Assembly (NCBI GenBank): GCA_964624415.1
Contig: CAZUWR010000001.1
Coordinates: forward strand, 3,855 to 67,854
Origin: an uncultured Bdellovibrionales bacterium
GTDB taxonomy: Bacteria; Patescibacteriota; Minisyncoccia; Moranbacterales; UBA1568
DNA: 64,000 nucleotides
Reading direction: 5' to 3'
In this document: one piece after another, positions 45,248 to 54,417 of the stretch
Numbering within the stretch: the first letter of the stretch is position 1
How the letters are laid out: each line of letters opens with the position of its first letter
The notes under the pieces: generated by a model
What the model was told of the DNA's origin: nothing
The model's input: the letters and a program-made list of their open reading frames with translations, nothing else
Database searches by the model: none
Translations under genes and position numbers: made by a program

Positions 45248-47218
45248 ATGAATTATATGTATACACGAAGAGTATTATTGGCAGGCATCGGAGTATGTGT
45301 AGGTCTGTTTATTCTGGCGTGGTTTTGGGTAGCTCGATCGATATTTTTTCGCTCTACCGATATGACTATTCCTACGCAGAACATCTCTTCAGTTCACGTA
45401 CCTTCCTCAACGAAGGATGTAGAAAATATAACGGTGCCTGTTGGTGAATCCTCTGCATACGCACCTCCGGAAATGAAAACCTTCACAGAGTTTTCCAAGG
45501 ACGATATCCGTAAGGGGCAAGTGACATGGCAGGAACCTCAGGATATGGGTGATTTGGGGTGGACCTCTCACGATGTGTATACTGGAAAATATCAGAGTAA
45601 GAATGGGTATGCTTACTCCGGGGGTGTTAAATATTTGAAAGTTGGTACAGTGAAAGAGGGGATGTACACCGGGTCTGAAGTCATCGTCGTTTTTTCTTGG
45701 CTCTACACCGGAGATTTTCCAAGGGGTGAGTCGCCTGATATTCAGCATTACTTACGAAAAGATGGTAAGGTAACGCTGCTTACACATGCTGCTACGGCTA
45801 ATGGAGTCGAAGTTCCTTTGCCGACTTCAGATGTTAAGGCTGATGATTCCTCTCAAGATGATGATGCAAAAGCATTAATCCTGAAAGCTTCGAATGAAGT
45901 TGTTGATAATGAAACAAGAATTGAGGATTTAGCTCTGTATCCAACCGAATTCCAGGGTAGGAATAGCCGTGAAACATTTGTTAATAATGGGTATGCTGAT
46001 AGAGCGGTTTTTTCAAGTAAGGGTCTTAAGCTAGCGTTTGAAAGTTTGGAATTTGGACAGGTGTGGATGACGGATACGTCGTTCAAGGGAGAAATCCGCA
46101 CAGAGTTAAATAGTTATCAGGGTCGCGTGTATGATTCTAAGCCAGATAAAGATGGTAAAGACACTTTTAAAAGAGTAAAGAAGTATTACGATCCAGTTGT
46201 ATCGGGTGGATTTTATCTGAAACGTCCGGATGGTATTATGGAGGCGTACCGTTTGAAGTTCGATATTTTCGATATATTTGATCGACAAGGTGTACTCCAG
46301 GCGACATGGAATGATGGCTCAAAGAACACAACTTCGTATGAAGAATATCCGGGAGGATGTGGTATGACGGAGTATGTGTACGATAAGACAAACAGTGTCA
46401 GTATTAAAAAGGATTTAGTGATAATCGGAAAGACGGAGCAAGGAGATCTTTTGTATGGGTATAGGGAAAGCAATTCTGCATTGAAAAAGTATTTTGATGA
46501 AACATACTTACCGTCCCTTGGCAGGCAATCAAGTGCGGATTTGGGCATGGACAGAAATCAGCTTTGGAAAGAATTTCTGCAGAAGCGCCCAATAGTGTTG
46601 TGGCAGGATTCTTTTGGCCGCTTACTGGCGTTCTATAATACTGATACCATACCTTTGGCTGAATGCGGTAAACCGGTAGTATATCTGTACCCGGAAAAGA
46701 GTGCGGATGTTTCGGTAAGAGTCTTTCCGAGCGAAGGTGTGAGTGTTTCTGATCCTGCTTACAATGATGGTTGGGATGTTGTGGCGCAGCCAGATGGTAC
46801 CCTTATGAATAAGATGGATGGAAAAAATTACCCCTATCTATTTTGGGAAGGCGGAAGTGATACGCTTTACCAGACTCCTGAACAAGGATTTGTGGCTGCA
46901 AAAGAAGATCTGAGTGTATTTTTTGATGAGAAATTAAGCCAGCTTGGACTCTCAGCTAAAGAATCATCTGATTTCAAAGAATTTTGGATTCCGAAGATGA
47001 CCGAGAAAAGTAAGCCTTACTATTTCATTACTTTTCTTTCTCGTGCACAAATTGATAGATTGGCTCCTCTTGCAATAAATCCGAAGCCAGATACGATTAT
47101 CCGTGTCATGATGGATTATGAAGGACTGGATTCGTGGAAGGCTGTGCCGGGTTATGCTATCAAAACACCGAAGAGAGAAGGGTTTACCGCGGTTGAATGG
47201 GGGGGAAGAATGAAATAA
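45248..47218 (+). CDS. large membrane-anchored extracytoplasmic protein, unknown function
   Basis: 656 aa with an N-terminal TM. The conserved-looking C-terminal block reads KPVVYLYPE...YLFWEG...FWIPKM. Confidence 0.55.
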   Translation: MNYMYTRRVLLAGIGVCVGLFILAWFWVARSIFFRSTDMTIPTQNISSVHVPSSTKDVENITVPVGESSAYAPPEMKTFTEFSKDDIRKGQVTWQEPQDMGDLGWTSHDVYTGKYQSKNGYAYSGGVKYLKVGTVKEGMYTGSEVIVVFSWLYTGDFPRGESPDIQHYLRKDGKVTLLTHAATANGVEVPLPTSDVKADDSSQDDDAKALILKASNEVVDNETRIEDLALYPTEFQGRNSRETFVNNGYADRAVFSSKGLKLAFESLEFGQVWMTDTSFKGEIRTELNSYQGRVYDSKPDKDGKDTFKRVKKYYDPVVSGGFYLKRPDGIMEAYRLKFDIFDIFDRQGVLQATWNDGSKNTTSYEEYPGGCGMTEYVYDKTNSVSIKKDLVIIGKTEQGDLLYGYRESNSALKKYFDETYLPSLGRQSSADLGMDRNQLWKEFLQKRPIVLWQDSFGRLLAFYNTDTIPLAECGKPVVYLYPEKSADVSVRVFPSEGVSVSDPAYNDGWDVVAQPDGTLMNKMDGKNYPYLFWEGGSDTLYQTPEQGFVAAKEDLSVFFDEKLSQLGLSAKESSDFKEFWIPKMTEKSKPYYFITFLSRAQIDRLAPLAINPKPDTIIRVMMDYEGLDSWKAVPGYAIKTPKREGFTAVEWGGRMK

Positions 47219-47225
47219 AGCGGAT

Positions 47226-48836
47226 ATGAAAATATTGAGTGACCGCAAAATCATATACTATCTGTTGTTGGCTGGTGGCATAATCGCTACCAGCCTTTCG
47301 TACGCTTTTTTGAAAAGTGTTGATATTCAATCAAGCCTTACAAATGGAACGGAAAAAAAGAGCAGTGAACAATCTTTGTCAATCGTTTCTTTTATTACGC
47401 CCCATCATCTCGCTGCTAAAGAGTTTATGCATAAGATTTTTCATGATGTCAGCGATGCGGTCGGAGGTGATTCAATCGATCGTGTTATCTTGATAAGTCC
47501 GAATCATTTTAATATCGGAAAAAGTTGGGTGATCGGTTCTGAAAAAAGTTGGGAGACTCCCTTTGGTATGTTGTATGCGGATGCTGGTATGAGCAGTCAT
47601 CTTAAGGATGGGGTTTTTTTTGGCCAAGATATTTTTGAGCGTGAACATGGGATAAGGAATATCCTACCCTTCGTAAAAGAGTATTTTCCACAGGCTGCTG
47701 TAGTACCATTGGCTTTACGCGATGGATTTTCTGATGAAGGGGTAGATGCATTAGCACAAAGACTTGCACAATTATCAAGTCCGCATACGATCCTCATTGT
47801 TTCAGCTGACTTTTCTCATTACTTAGACTGGAATTTTTCTCGTTTTCATGATGCTAAAGCTAAAGAGATTCTCAGTCGTATGGATATGGATCATATCGGG
47901 TTACTGGACGTGGATTGCGCATCATGTTTGCGTGTCGCTATGCAATATTCAAGAATTCGCCATGCTGATCATTTTCAATTTGTTTCCCGATCGAGTTCTT
48001 TGGAGCTGGCTGGGTCAAATAGAGTCGGCGAAGAAACAAGTCATATAACCGGGTATTTTTCTTCGCAACTATCGCAGTCAGATGATGCATTGGATACAAC
48101 ACGTCTTCTGTTTTCCGGACAAGTCACACCGCAGGCCATGACTGAAAGTGCAAGAAGAATGTTTATGGGTCAAGATTTCAATATTTTTGAACAGGATGGC
48201 AGTATTGTATCGAATGTTTTCGATGACACTTCTTACAACTCGTCTTTGCATGTTTTGCAAAATTATTCACTGATGGATGATAAAGAATTATCTTCCGCAC
48301 GGATAATACACGGAAAACGGTTTGTGTTTGTTGATGCTGATATGCGAATTTCCGATGATGCCTCCGCGCAACGCGTATTGAATGAGGTGAGCGAGGCAAA
48401 ACAGCACAGTGATTTTGTGGTGGCTTTGTGGAGCAAAGATAAACAATCCCGAGGTTCTATGGGAAATGCTGACGCACAAAGGAAGCAGGCTCATGATCTT
48501 ATCGATGCAGGAGCGGATGTTGTGATTGGTTTGCGGGCTCAGAATTTTGAACCGATCGAGATATATAATAATAAAGCGATTTTTTCTTCTTTGGGCTATA
48601 ATGCCTCGCAGTGTAGGCTTTACAATCGTATGTGTGCAGGCGTGCAACTAGGGATAGGTTTTTCTTCGGATGCGATAGAATATGTTCTTATGCCCATTAT
48701 GAAGCAAAAAGATGGGCAAATTGTATTAGCAAAAAGTCCGGAAAGGGATATTATCCTTAAAAAGTTATCGGATACAAGGATCAGTAATTCGATGAAGCAA
48801 TCACTGCAAGAGGGGATGTTTACCTTACATAAATAG
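47226..48836 (+). CDS. Memo/AmmeMemoRadiSam-B-like domain fused to degenerate CapA-like (metallophosphatase) domain
   Basis: N-terminal TM. The Memo-like motifs are FITPHHLAA, ILISPNHF, EHGIRNILPF and VSADFSHYL. The C-terminal AHDLIDAGADVVIGLRAQNFEPIEIYNNKAIFSSLG resembles CapA, but GLRAQN stands where GHHPH is expected. Confidence 0.5.
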   Translation: MKILSDRKIIYYLLLAGGIIATSLSYAFLKSVDIQSSLTNGTEKKSSEQSLSIVSFITPHHLAAKEFMHKIFHDVSDAVGGDSIDRVILISPNHFNIGKSWVIGSEKSWETPFGMLYADAGMSSHLKDGVFFGQDIFEREHGIRNILPFVKEYFPQAAVVPLALRDGFSDEGVDALAQRLAQLSSPHTILIVSADFSHYLDWNFSRFHDAKAKEILSRMDMDHIGLLDVDCASCLRVAMQYSRIRHADHFQFVSRSSSLELAGSNRVGEETSHITGYFSSQLSQSDDALDTTRLLFSGQVTPQAMTESARRMFMGQDFNIFEQDGSIVSNVFDDTSYNSSLHVLQNYSLMDDKELSSARIIHGKRFVFVDADMRISDDASAQRVLNEVSEAKQHSDFVVALWSKDKQSRGSMGNADAQRKQAHDLIDAGADVVIGLRAQNFEPIEIYNNKAIFSSLGYNASQCRLYNRMCAGVQLGIGFSSDAIEYVLMPIMKQKDGQIVLAKSPERDIILKKLSDTRISNSMKQSLQEGMFTLHK

Positions 48837-48930
48837 CTTGTTTGGTTATAGTAGTTAAGTGCCCCTCTCAGTTTTTGAGTATAAAAATAGCGGCTCAACA
48901 TACACAATCGTATGTTTCGCCGCACTCATT

Positions 48931-49272
48931 TCAATCTTCGCAGATAGTTCGTTTATTGCATTGTCGCCATTGGAGCACACATTTTTCTAGAACATCCAAA
49001 TAGTGTCGGACACAAATACCCTTACCACCCGATTCCAGGTCTAAAGGATTGCCTCTGGTGACCTGAAAGCTATTATCGTCATCCGGCGTCTCATGACAGA
49101 TGATTTTACCTTTGACTACGACGTAGCAGGCACCGCCGCCCATCATACCAATGTATGGTCCTGGCACCTCGACGGTTTGCCCTGGCGGAATCGCAACATC
49201 TTCGCCGTATCCTACTCTGGTATCAAAGCAGAACGCGATGATTGCATAACCCGTGTTATTTGTGACTTGCAT
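48931..49272 (-). CDS. hypothetical Cys-rich protein
   Basis: 113-aa ORF with 8 Cys. No family recognised. Confidence 0.4.
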   Translation of the reverse strand: MQVTNNTGYAIIAFCFDTRVGYGEDVAIPPGQTVEVPGPYIGMMGGGACYVVVKGKIICHETPDDDNSFQVTRGNPLDLESGGKGICVRHYLDVLEKCVLQWRQCNKRTICED

Positions 49273-49502
49273 CTGTATCTTCTCTGAAAATGTCGGTAAC
49301 TTTCCGACAGCGTATTGTAGGACAGTAAGCCTTCGATGTCAATATATGGGGTATAGCGTGTTTCGTTTGACAATAAGGAATGATTGGAGTACACTGGTGA
49401 ATAGAAAAGCCTGTGGGGGCTTTTTAAAAAACCCAAATTTCCATATTTCCGTAAAGTGGCTTATACAAGCATTTTATAGACATATCGGACCCAATACACG
49501 CT

Positions 49503-49691
49503 ATGAGCAACATCCTGAAGTTTATACAAGAAGCGAAAGTCGAGCTGATGAAGGTCACCTGGCCAAACAAGCAGCAGATCATCCAAAGCACGGTGCTGGT
49601 GGTCGGTTTGACCTTTGTGATGGCGGTTTTCCTCGGAGGACTGGACTATGGTTTTGGATATATTCTCAAATCATTTATCACCACAAAGTAG
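49503..49691 (+). CDS. secE: preprotein translocase subunit SecE
   Basis: 62 aa with FIQEAKVELMKVTWPNKQQ followed by a single TM. It lies directly upstream of nusG. Confidence 0.85.
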   Translation: MSNILKFIQEAKVELMKVTWPNKQQIIQSTVLVVGLTFVMAVFLGGLDYGFGYILKSFITTK

Positions 49692-49748
49692 GACTTTTGA
49701 ATTTGGCACCTAATACATCGGTTTAAACATATTTTTAAATAACATCGT

Positions 49749-50294
49749 ATGGCAAAGCAAACTCAACATCACGGACGCGCCTGGTATGTGCTCCATACCT
49801 ATTCGGGATACGAGGACAATGTGTCCCGCAACCTCAAGCAGCGTATCGAATCTATGGATATGCAGGAGCTCATCTTCGATGTCATCGTCCCGAAGGAGAA
49901 GAAGATCAAGATCAAGGCGGGTAAGCGCACAGTGATCGAGGAGCGCATTTATCCGGGGTATGTGCTGGTGGATATGGTGGTGACGGACGCATCCTGGTAT
50001 GTGGTACGCAATACGCCAAATGTGACCGGTTTCATCGGACTGGGTACGACACCGACACCGGTAGACCCACGAGAAATCGAGCAGCTCAAGAAGCGTATGG
50101 GTGTGGAAGAGCCGAAGTACAAGATGGACGTCAAGCTCAATGATCCTGTCAAAATCACCGAAGGACCGTTCAAGAACTTCGAGGGCAAGATTCAGGAAGT
50201 GGACGAAGAGCGAGGCAAGGTTAAAGTGTTGGTTTCCTTGTTCGGACGTGAGACACCGGTTGAATTGGACTTCCTCCAGATTAAAAAGGTGTAA
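49749..50294 (+). CDS. nusG: transcription termination/antitermination factor NusG
   Basis: The NGN domain start WYVLHTYSGYE and a C-terminal KOW (GPFKNFEGKIQEVD). Confidence 0.9.
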   Translation: MAKQTQHHGRAWYVLHTYSGYEDNVSRNLKQRIESMDMQELIFDVIVPKEKKIKIKAGKRTVIEERIYPGYVLVDMVVTDASWYVVRNTPNVTGFIGLGTTPTPVDPREIEQLKKRMGVEEPKYKMDVKLNDPVKITEGPFKNFEGKIQEVDEERGKVKVLVSLFGRETPVELDFLQIKKV

Positions 50295-50339
50295 TGACAG
50301 TATTTCAGGTATAATAAGGTTTGCTAAAGAATTAAAGTT

Positions 50340-50765
50340 ATGGCGAAGAAAATCAAGACGATTATCAAGTTGCAAATCCAGGGCGGAAAGGCGAATCCAG
50401 CTCCTCCAGTCGGACCAGCACTCGGTCAGCACGGTCTCAATATCCAGGATTTTTGCGCGAAGTTCAATGACGCGACCCGGGATAAGATGGGCGATGTGAT
50501 TCCTGCAGAAATCACCGTATACGATGATCGCACTTTCACGTTCGTACTCAAGACTCCTCCTGCTGCTGAGCTGCTCAAGAAGGCTGCCAAGGCAACTAAG
50601 GGTGCTGCTAATCCGCTCAAAGAAAAGGTGGGAACGGTTACAACAGAGCAGTTGCGAGAAATCGCGGAGACCAAGATGGAGGATTTGAACGCGAACGATG
50701 TGGATATGGCGATGCGAATCGTCGCCGGAACTGCCCGTTCGATGGGTATTAAGGTAAGCGAGTAG
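50340..50765 (+). CDS. rplK: 50S ribosomal protein L11
   Basis: [24 protein letters not shown] motif. Confidence 0.95.
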   Translation: MAKKIKTIIKLQIQGGKANPAPPVGPALGQHGLNIQDFCAKFNDATRDKMGDVIPAEITVYDDRTFTFVLKTPPAAELLKKAAKATKGAANPLKEKVGTVTTEQLREIAETKMEDLNANDVDMAMRIVAGTARSMGIKVSE

Positions 50766-50795
50766 TTTTTGTAAGTAATTTTCTTGTGAAAAAGA

Positions 50796-50843
50796 TTTTT
50801 TCATGACCACATGTGTACTCACATCGGTCTGGAAAAAATACTT
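50796..50843 (+). repeat. intercistronic long-hairpin repeat, copy 2
   Basis: TTTTTTCATGACCACATGTGTACTCACATCGGTCTGGAAAAAATACTT, between rplK and rplA. The inner stem ATGTG/CACAT differs from ATGCG/CGCAT in copy 1. Confidence 0.6.
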
Positions 50844-50942
50844 TTTTAGCAAGAAAATAGCAACATTAAATATTGAGGAAGAGATTAATTTTTATCACAG
50901 TGGGAGCTTCGTTCGGCGAGGCGTCTGTACCACAACAAACAT

Positions 50943-51632
50943 ATGATACGAGGAAAAAAATACCGCGCAGCCGTTGAGAAGATCGAGAAGGAAAAAGACT
51001 ATTCTTTGGAAGAAGCTTTGACTTTCGTGAAGAGCAATGTGCTTGCAAAATTCGACGAGTCTGTTGAAGTGCACTTTAAGCTCGGCATCAACCCAAGCAA
51101 GGGTGAGGAGCAGGTCCGCTCTACCGCTATTTTGCCGCACGGTGTCGGACGATCCAAGAAGGTGGCCGTCATCACGACGACCAAGATGTCTGAGGCCAAG
51201 GAGGCTGGCGCCGATCTGATCGGTGGCGAAGAATTGATCGAGGATATCAAAAACGGGAAAGTGGTCGCCGGTGTCGATTTTGATATCGTTGTGGCTACTC
51301 CGGAAGCGATGCCGAAGCTCGCGAGTGTCGCGAAAATCCTCGGACCGAAAGGTTTGATGCCGAACCCGAAGACGGAAACGGTGACGACCAAGGTCAAGGA
51401 CGTCGTGGATGCCTTGAAGAAGGGAAGTAAGGTAAGCTTCAAAAACGACAAGAGCGGAAACATCCATCAGGTGATCGGTAAGCTTTCATTTGATGTCGCG
51501 CAGCTCAAAGACAATTATCAGGCAGTATTCGATGTTCTGCAAAAAGCCAAGCCCGAGACGATGAAGGGTTGCTATATCCAGTCTATCGCTCTGTGCTCGA
51601 CTATGGGACCGGCTGTCAAAATCAAGGCGTAA
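50943..51632 (+). CDS. rplA: 50S ribosomal protein L1
   Basis: 229 aa with KLGPKGLMPNPK-type and GKLSF motifs. It follows rplK. Confidence 0.9.
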   Translation: MIRGKKYRAAVEKIEKEKDYSLEEALTFVKSNVLAKFDESVEVHFKLGINPSKGEEQVRSTAILPHGVGRSKKVAVITTTKMSEAKEAGADLIGGEELIEDIKNGKVVAGVDFDIVVATPEAMPKLASVAKILGPKGLMPNPKTETVTTKVKDVVDALKKGSKVSFKNDKSGNIHQVIGKLSFDVAQLKDNYQAVFDVLQKAKPETMKGCYIQSIALCSTMGPAVKIKA

Positions 51633-51642
51633 CGTTTGGCGC

Positions 51643-51702
51643 TGTCATACTGAGCGTAGTCGACCGCGTGTCGCCTTTAGCTTTAGCGGTGGCACAAGGA
51701 TC
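51643..51702 (+). repeat. GTCATCC...GGATC-family element, opposite orientation, interrupted
   Basis: TGTCATACTGAGCGTAGTCGA, then 32 nt, then AAGGATC. It lies downstream of rplA. Confidence 0.5.
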
Positions 51703-51748
51703 TTAAGTTGATAGAAGATGTCAAAATGAATTCGGCATGACAGACAAG

Positions 51749-51776
51749 AATCGCTCTTTTGGGAGCGGTTTTTTGT
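51749..51776 (+). terminator. intrinsic terminator of rplA
   Basis: AATCGCTC-TTTTGG-GAGCGGTT followed by a T run. Confidence 0.65.
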
Positions 51777-51863
51777 TGACAATCAAGTGATAGTGGGTAA
51801 TAATGGAATATCCATTCGTGGATAGGCAGACAGTTATTTTCAAATTAAATAGAGGGGGATGAT

Positions 51864-52190
51864 ATGGATGATAGATTATCTGAGGAAATAGTGTCTCATA
51901 AAGAGTGCCAGCGATTGTTCTACGAAGCTATTTTACGGGTCTTGGGAGAAAAACAGGTAAACAGACTTTCCTATACGGAAGTCCAGAGAATATTTGTAGA
52001 AAGTGGTTTTTGTAAGATATCTGGACATAGGGGCTCTCAGTTGGCGATTGTTTTATATGCCGGAAAAGTTTCAAGAAGTCGCAAGAAGGTATATTTTGAA
52101 GAACTGGGTATATGCGAACGCGCATATACCTTTAATGTGGCGATAATTCGTCAAAAACTTGAAATTGAGGAGATACAAAATGAAAAATAA
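51864..52190 (+). CDS. hypothetical protein
   Basis: 108-aa ORF with a GGGGGA RBS. It overlaps the next gene by 11 nt. No family recognised. Confidence 0.4.
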   Translation: MDDRLSEEIVSHKECQRLFYEAILRVLGEKQVNRLSYTEVQRIFVESGFCKISGHRGSQLAIVLYAGKVSRSRKKVYFEELGICERAYTFNVAIIRQKLEIEEIQNEK

Positions 52191-52947
52191 TCCATATATC
52201 GGAGTAACTGGTTTTATGCAGAGAGGGGAAGTGGATGCAGTTCTCCAATCTGTTCCCGAAGAAGCGAAGCGATGGCTGATGATCGGCGTCCTGGTCAGCT
52301 CCAAAACGCTCGATGGTGTTCCGAATAAGTGGCCGGGAAGATATCCGAGTGTCGATACGATTGCAGGAATTTTTCACGAACATCCGGCGGCGTTTAATCT
52401 CGTCCATTTTTCTACCGATACGCCCGAGCGATTGCTTGAGCAGATGGTGAGAATTACAGAATTGGGTGGCGAGCATTTCCATGGCTTTCAGTTGAATATG
52501 AAATGGCCGGATTCTGGAATTATCCGTAGATATAAGGATGAGTTCCCTGATAAAGCTATCGTGCTTCAATGCGGTCACTCGGCCTTGAAGGCGGTTGGTT
52601 TTAATCCATCACGACTTTCTGCGGCGGTGAGAAATTACGAGGGTATCTGCGACTATGTACTCATTGATCTTAGTGGCGGCCTTGGAAAACCGCTGGATGT
52701 TTATGATAGTGCCCGGTACTTGGCCTATTTGAATGTTGATATCTCGATGAATCTGGGAATTGCCGGTGGATTGAACGCGGATACGCTTACCGAATTGTTT
52801 GTGCCGATTGCGAGGGCATTTCCAAATATAAGTATAGATGCGGAGGGGAAGCTTCGTACTGATACTGACAATCTCGATATTCAAAAGGCAAAAGCCTTTG
52901 TCTCTTCTGCTTATGATATTTGTAGCAAGTATGATGATGAATTCTAA
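52180..52947 (+). CDS. TIM-barrel protein resembling phosphoribosylanthranilate isomerase (TrpF-like)
   Basis: ATG at 52180 follows GAGGAG. The pattern GVTGF...HGFQLN...VLIDLSGGLGKPLD...LGIAGGLNADTL...SIDAEG parallels the PRAI layout (QLHG, D..GG.G, LAGGL). This is motif-level evidence only. Confidence 0.4.
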   Translation: MKNNPYIGVTGFMQRGEVDAVLQSVPEEAKRWLMIGVLVSSKTLDGVPNKWPGRYPSVDTIAGIFHEHPAAFNLVHFSTDTPERLLEQMVRITELGGEHFHGFQLNMKWPDSGIIRRYKDEFPDKAIVLQCGHSALKAVGFNPSRLSAAVRNYEGICDYVLIDLSGGLGKPLDVYDSARYLAYLNVDISMNLGIAGGLNADTLTELFVPIARAFPNISIDAEGKLRTDTDNLDIQKAKAFVSSAYDICSKYDDEF

Positions 52948-53125
52948 ATAGCTGCCAATGAGCGGTACGGTCGAAAGCGAGGTGTCTTATATAAGCACCT
53001 TGCTTTTTTCTTTCTACTCGAAAGTGAGAGCATCTTTTCGCCTGATGAGGGCGGTTTTTTGTTTTGTCCGGATATGATACAATAGGTGAGTAGAGTCAAA
53101 TATAAGCCTTTAAAGAGATACTGCT

Positions 53126-53806
53126 ATGGCGCATTTTGAGATAGAAATCAAAAGTTTACTGGGTGATGTGGCTAATGCCGACGCTTTTCGCGAGAAGCTT
53201 TTCGCCTTGCCGGACGGCGCGAAATTGAAAGGGAAAAACTCCCAATTGAATCACTACTTCATCCTGGACGATGCTCAGACATTGCTTGATGCCGTGGCGC
53301 ATTTTTTTTCCGAGGAACATCAGGCGAGTTTGAAAAAAGTTTTGCTAGAAGGAAAGAAGCATTCTATTCGGACACGCGAAGTCGATGGGAAAGTCCTGCT
53401 CGTCGTGAAAGCATCCATTGGTGATGATGGATCGAGCTCGAACGGCATATCGAGAATGGAATTTGAGCAGGAAGTCCCGGGCGTTTCTTTGGTGGCATTG
53501 GACGAGGTGCTCTTGAAGGCTGGTCTGAAGTATCAGGCGAAGTGGTCTCGGGAGCGCGAGGAATACACGCTGGGCGATGTGTCTGTGTGTCTGGATAAGA
53601 ATGCCGGCTACGGGTATCTGGTCGAATTTGAGAAGGTGATCCACGATGCGAGCGAAGCGGAGGAGACAAAGCGATCGCTCTTTGAGTTGATGGAGAAGCT
53701 TGATGTCGAAGAATTACCGCAGGATCGATTGGAGAGGATGTTCGCCCATTACAATGCGCACTGGGATGAATACTACGGGACAGATAATGTGTTTACTATA
53801 GAATAA
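53126..53806 (+). CDS. CYTH-domain protein (class IV adenylate cyclase / triphosphatase fold)
   Basis: N-terminal ExExK motif (HFEIEIKS) and later acidic strands (FEQEV, LVEFEKV). Confidence 0.65.
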   Translation: MAHFEIEIKSLLGDVANADAFREKLFALPDGAKLKGKNSQLNHYFILDDAQTLLDAVAHFFSEEHQASLKKVLLEGKKHSIRTREVDGKVLLVVKASIGDDGSSSNGISRMEFEQEVPGVSLVALDEVLLKAGLKYQAKWSREREEYTLGDVSVCLDKNAGYGYLVEFEKVIHDASEAEETKRSLFELMEKLDVEELPQDRLERMFAHYNAHWDEYYGTDNVFTIE

Positions 53807-53834
53807 ACAATAAATCATTTATTACAGTACGACT

Positions 53835-54398
53835 ATGTTTCTTTCGGATATCGATATACGCAAAGCGGTTGAGGATGGACGGATAACTATCAAGGATTTC
53901 GATGAGACGCGGTTGCAGCCGGCCAGTTACGATGTGCTCTTGGGGAATAAGTTTGTGATCACCGATGCTCACTCTACGGAGGCGATCGATCCAGTGAAAA
54001 AGGTTTTTCCCAAGACACGGGAGATTATCGTGGAGGACGGCGAGAGTTTCGTGCTGCATCCGCATATGTCGGTGCTCGGTACGCTCAAAGACTATGTCGG
54101 CACAAAAGAATTCCTCATTCAGCTGTCGGGCAAGAGCAGCTTGGCGCGTATAGGCCTGGCGGTGCACAATACGGCTGGCATCATCAATCCGGGTCATTTC
54201 CTGCATATGACGCTCGAGCTCGCCAATTTCAATACCGTGCCGATTATTTTGCGGCCTGGTATGCCGATCGCGCAGTTCACTTTCTCGGAACTGACGCATT
54301 CGGTGCAGCACGATTACAGCGAGGTCGGTCGGTTTAACGGCGATAACTGGAAAAAGAATTTCGCCCCTCCGAAGAAAAGAAAAGCCGTCAAAAAATAA
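53835..54398 (+). CDS. dcd: dCTP deaminase
   Basis: MFLSDIDIRKAVEDGRITI, LQPASYDVLLG, GKSSLARIGL and ELAN motifs. Confidence 0.9.
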   Translation: MFLSDIDIRKAVEDGRITIKDFDETRLQPASYDVLLGNKFVITDAHSTEAIDPVKKVFPKTREIIVEDGESFVLHPHMSVLGTLKDYVGTKEFLIQLSGKSSLARIGLAVHNTAGIINPGHFLHMTLELANFNTVPIILRPGMPIAQFTFSELTHSVQHDYSEVGRFNGDNWKKNFAPPKKRKAVKK

Positions 54399-54417
54399 CT
54401 GATTTTCAAACACCATT

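Noticed and set aside
49710-50852. 380-aa minus-strand ORF
   Set aside because: It is antisense to nusG and rplK, both unambiguous. It reads through the rplK-rplA hairpin repeat.
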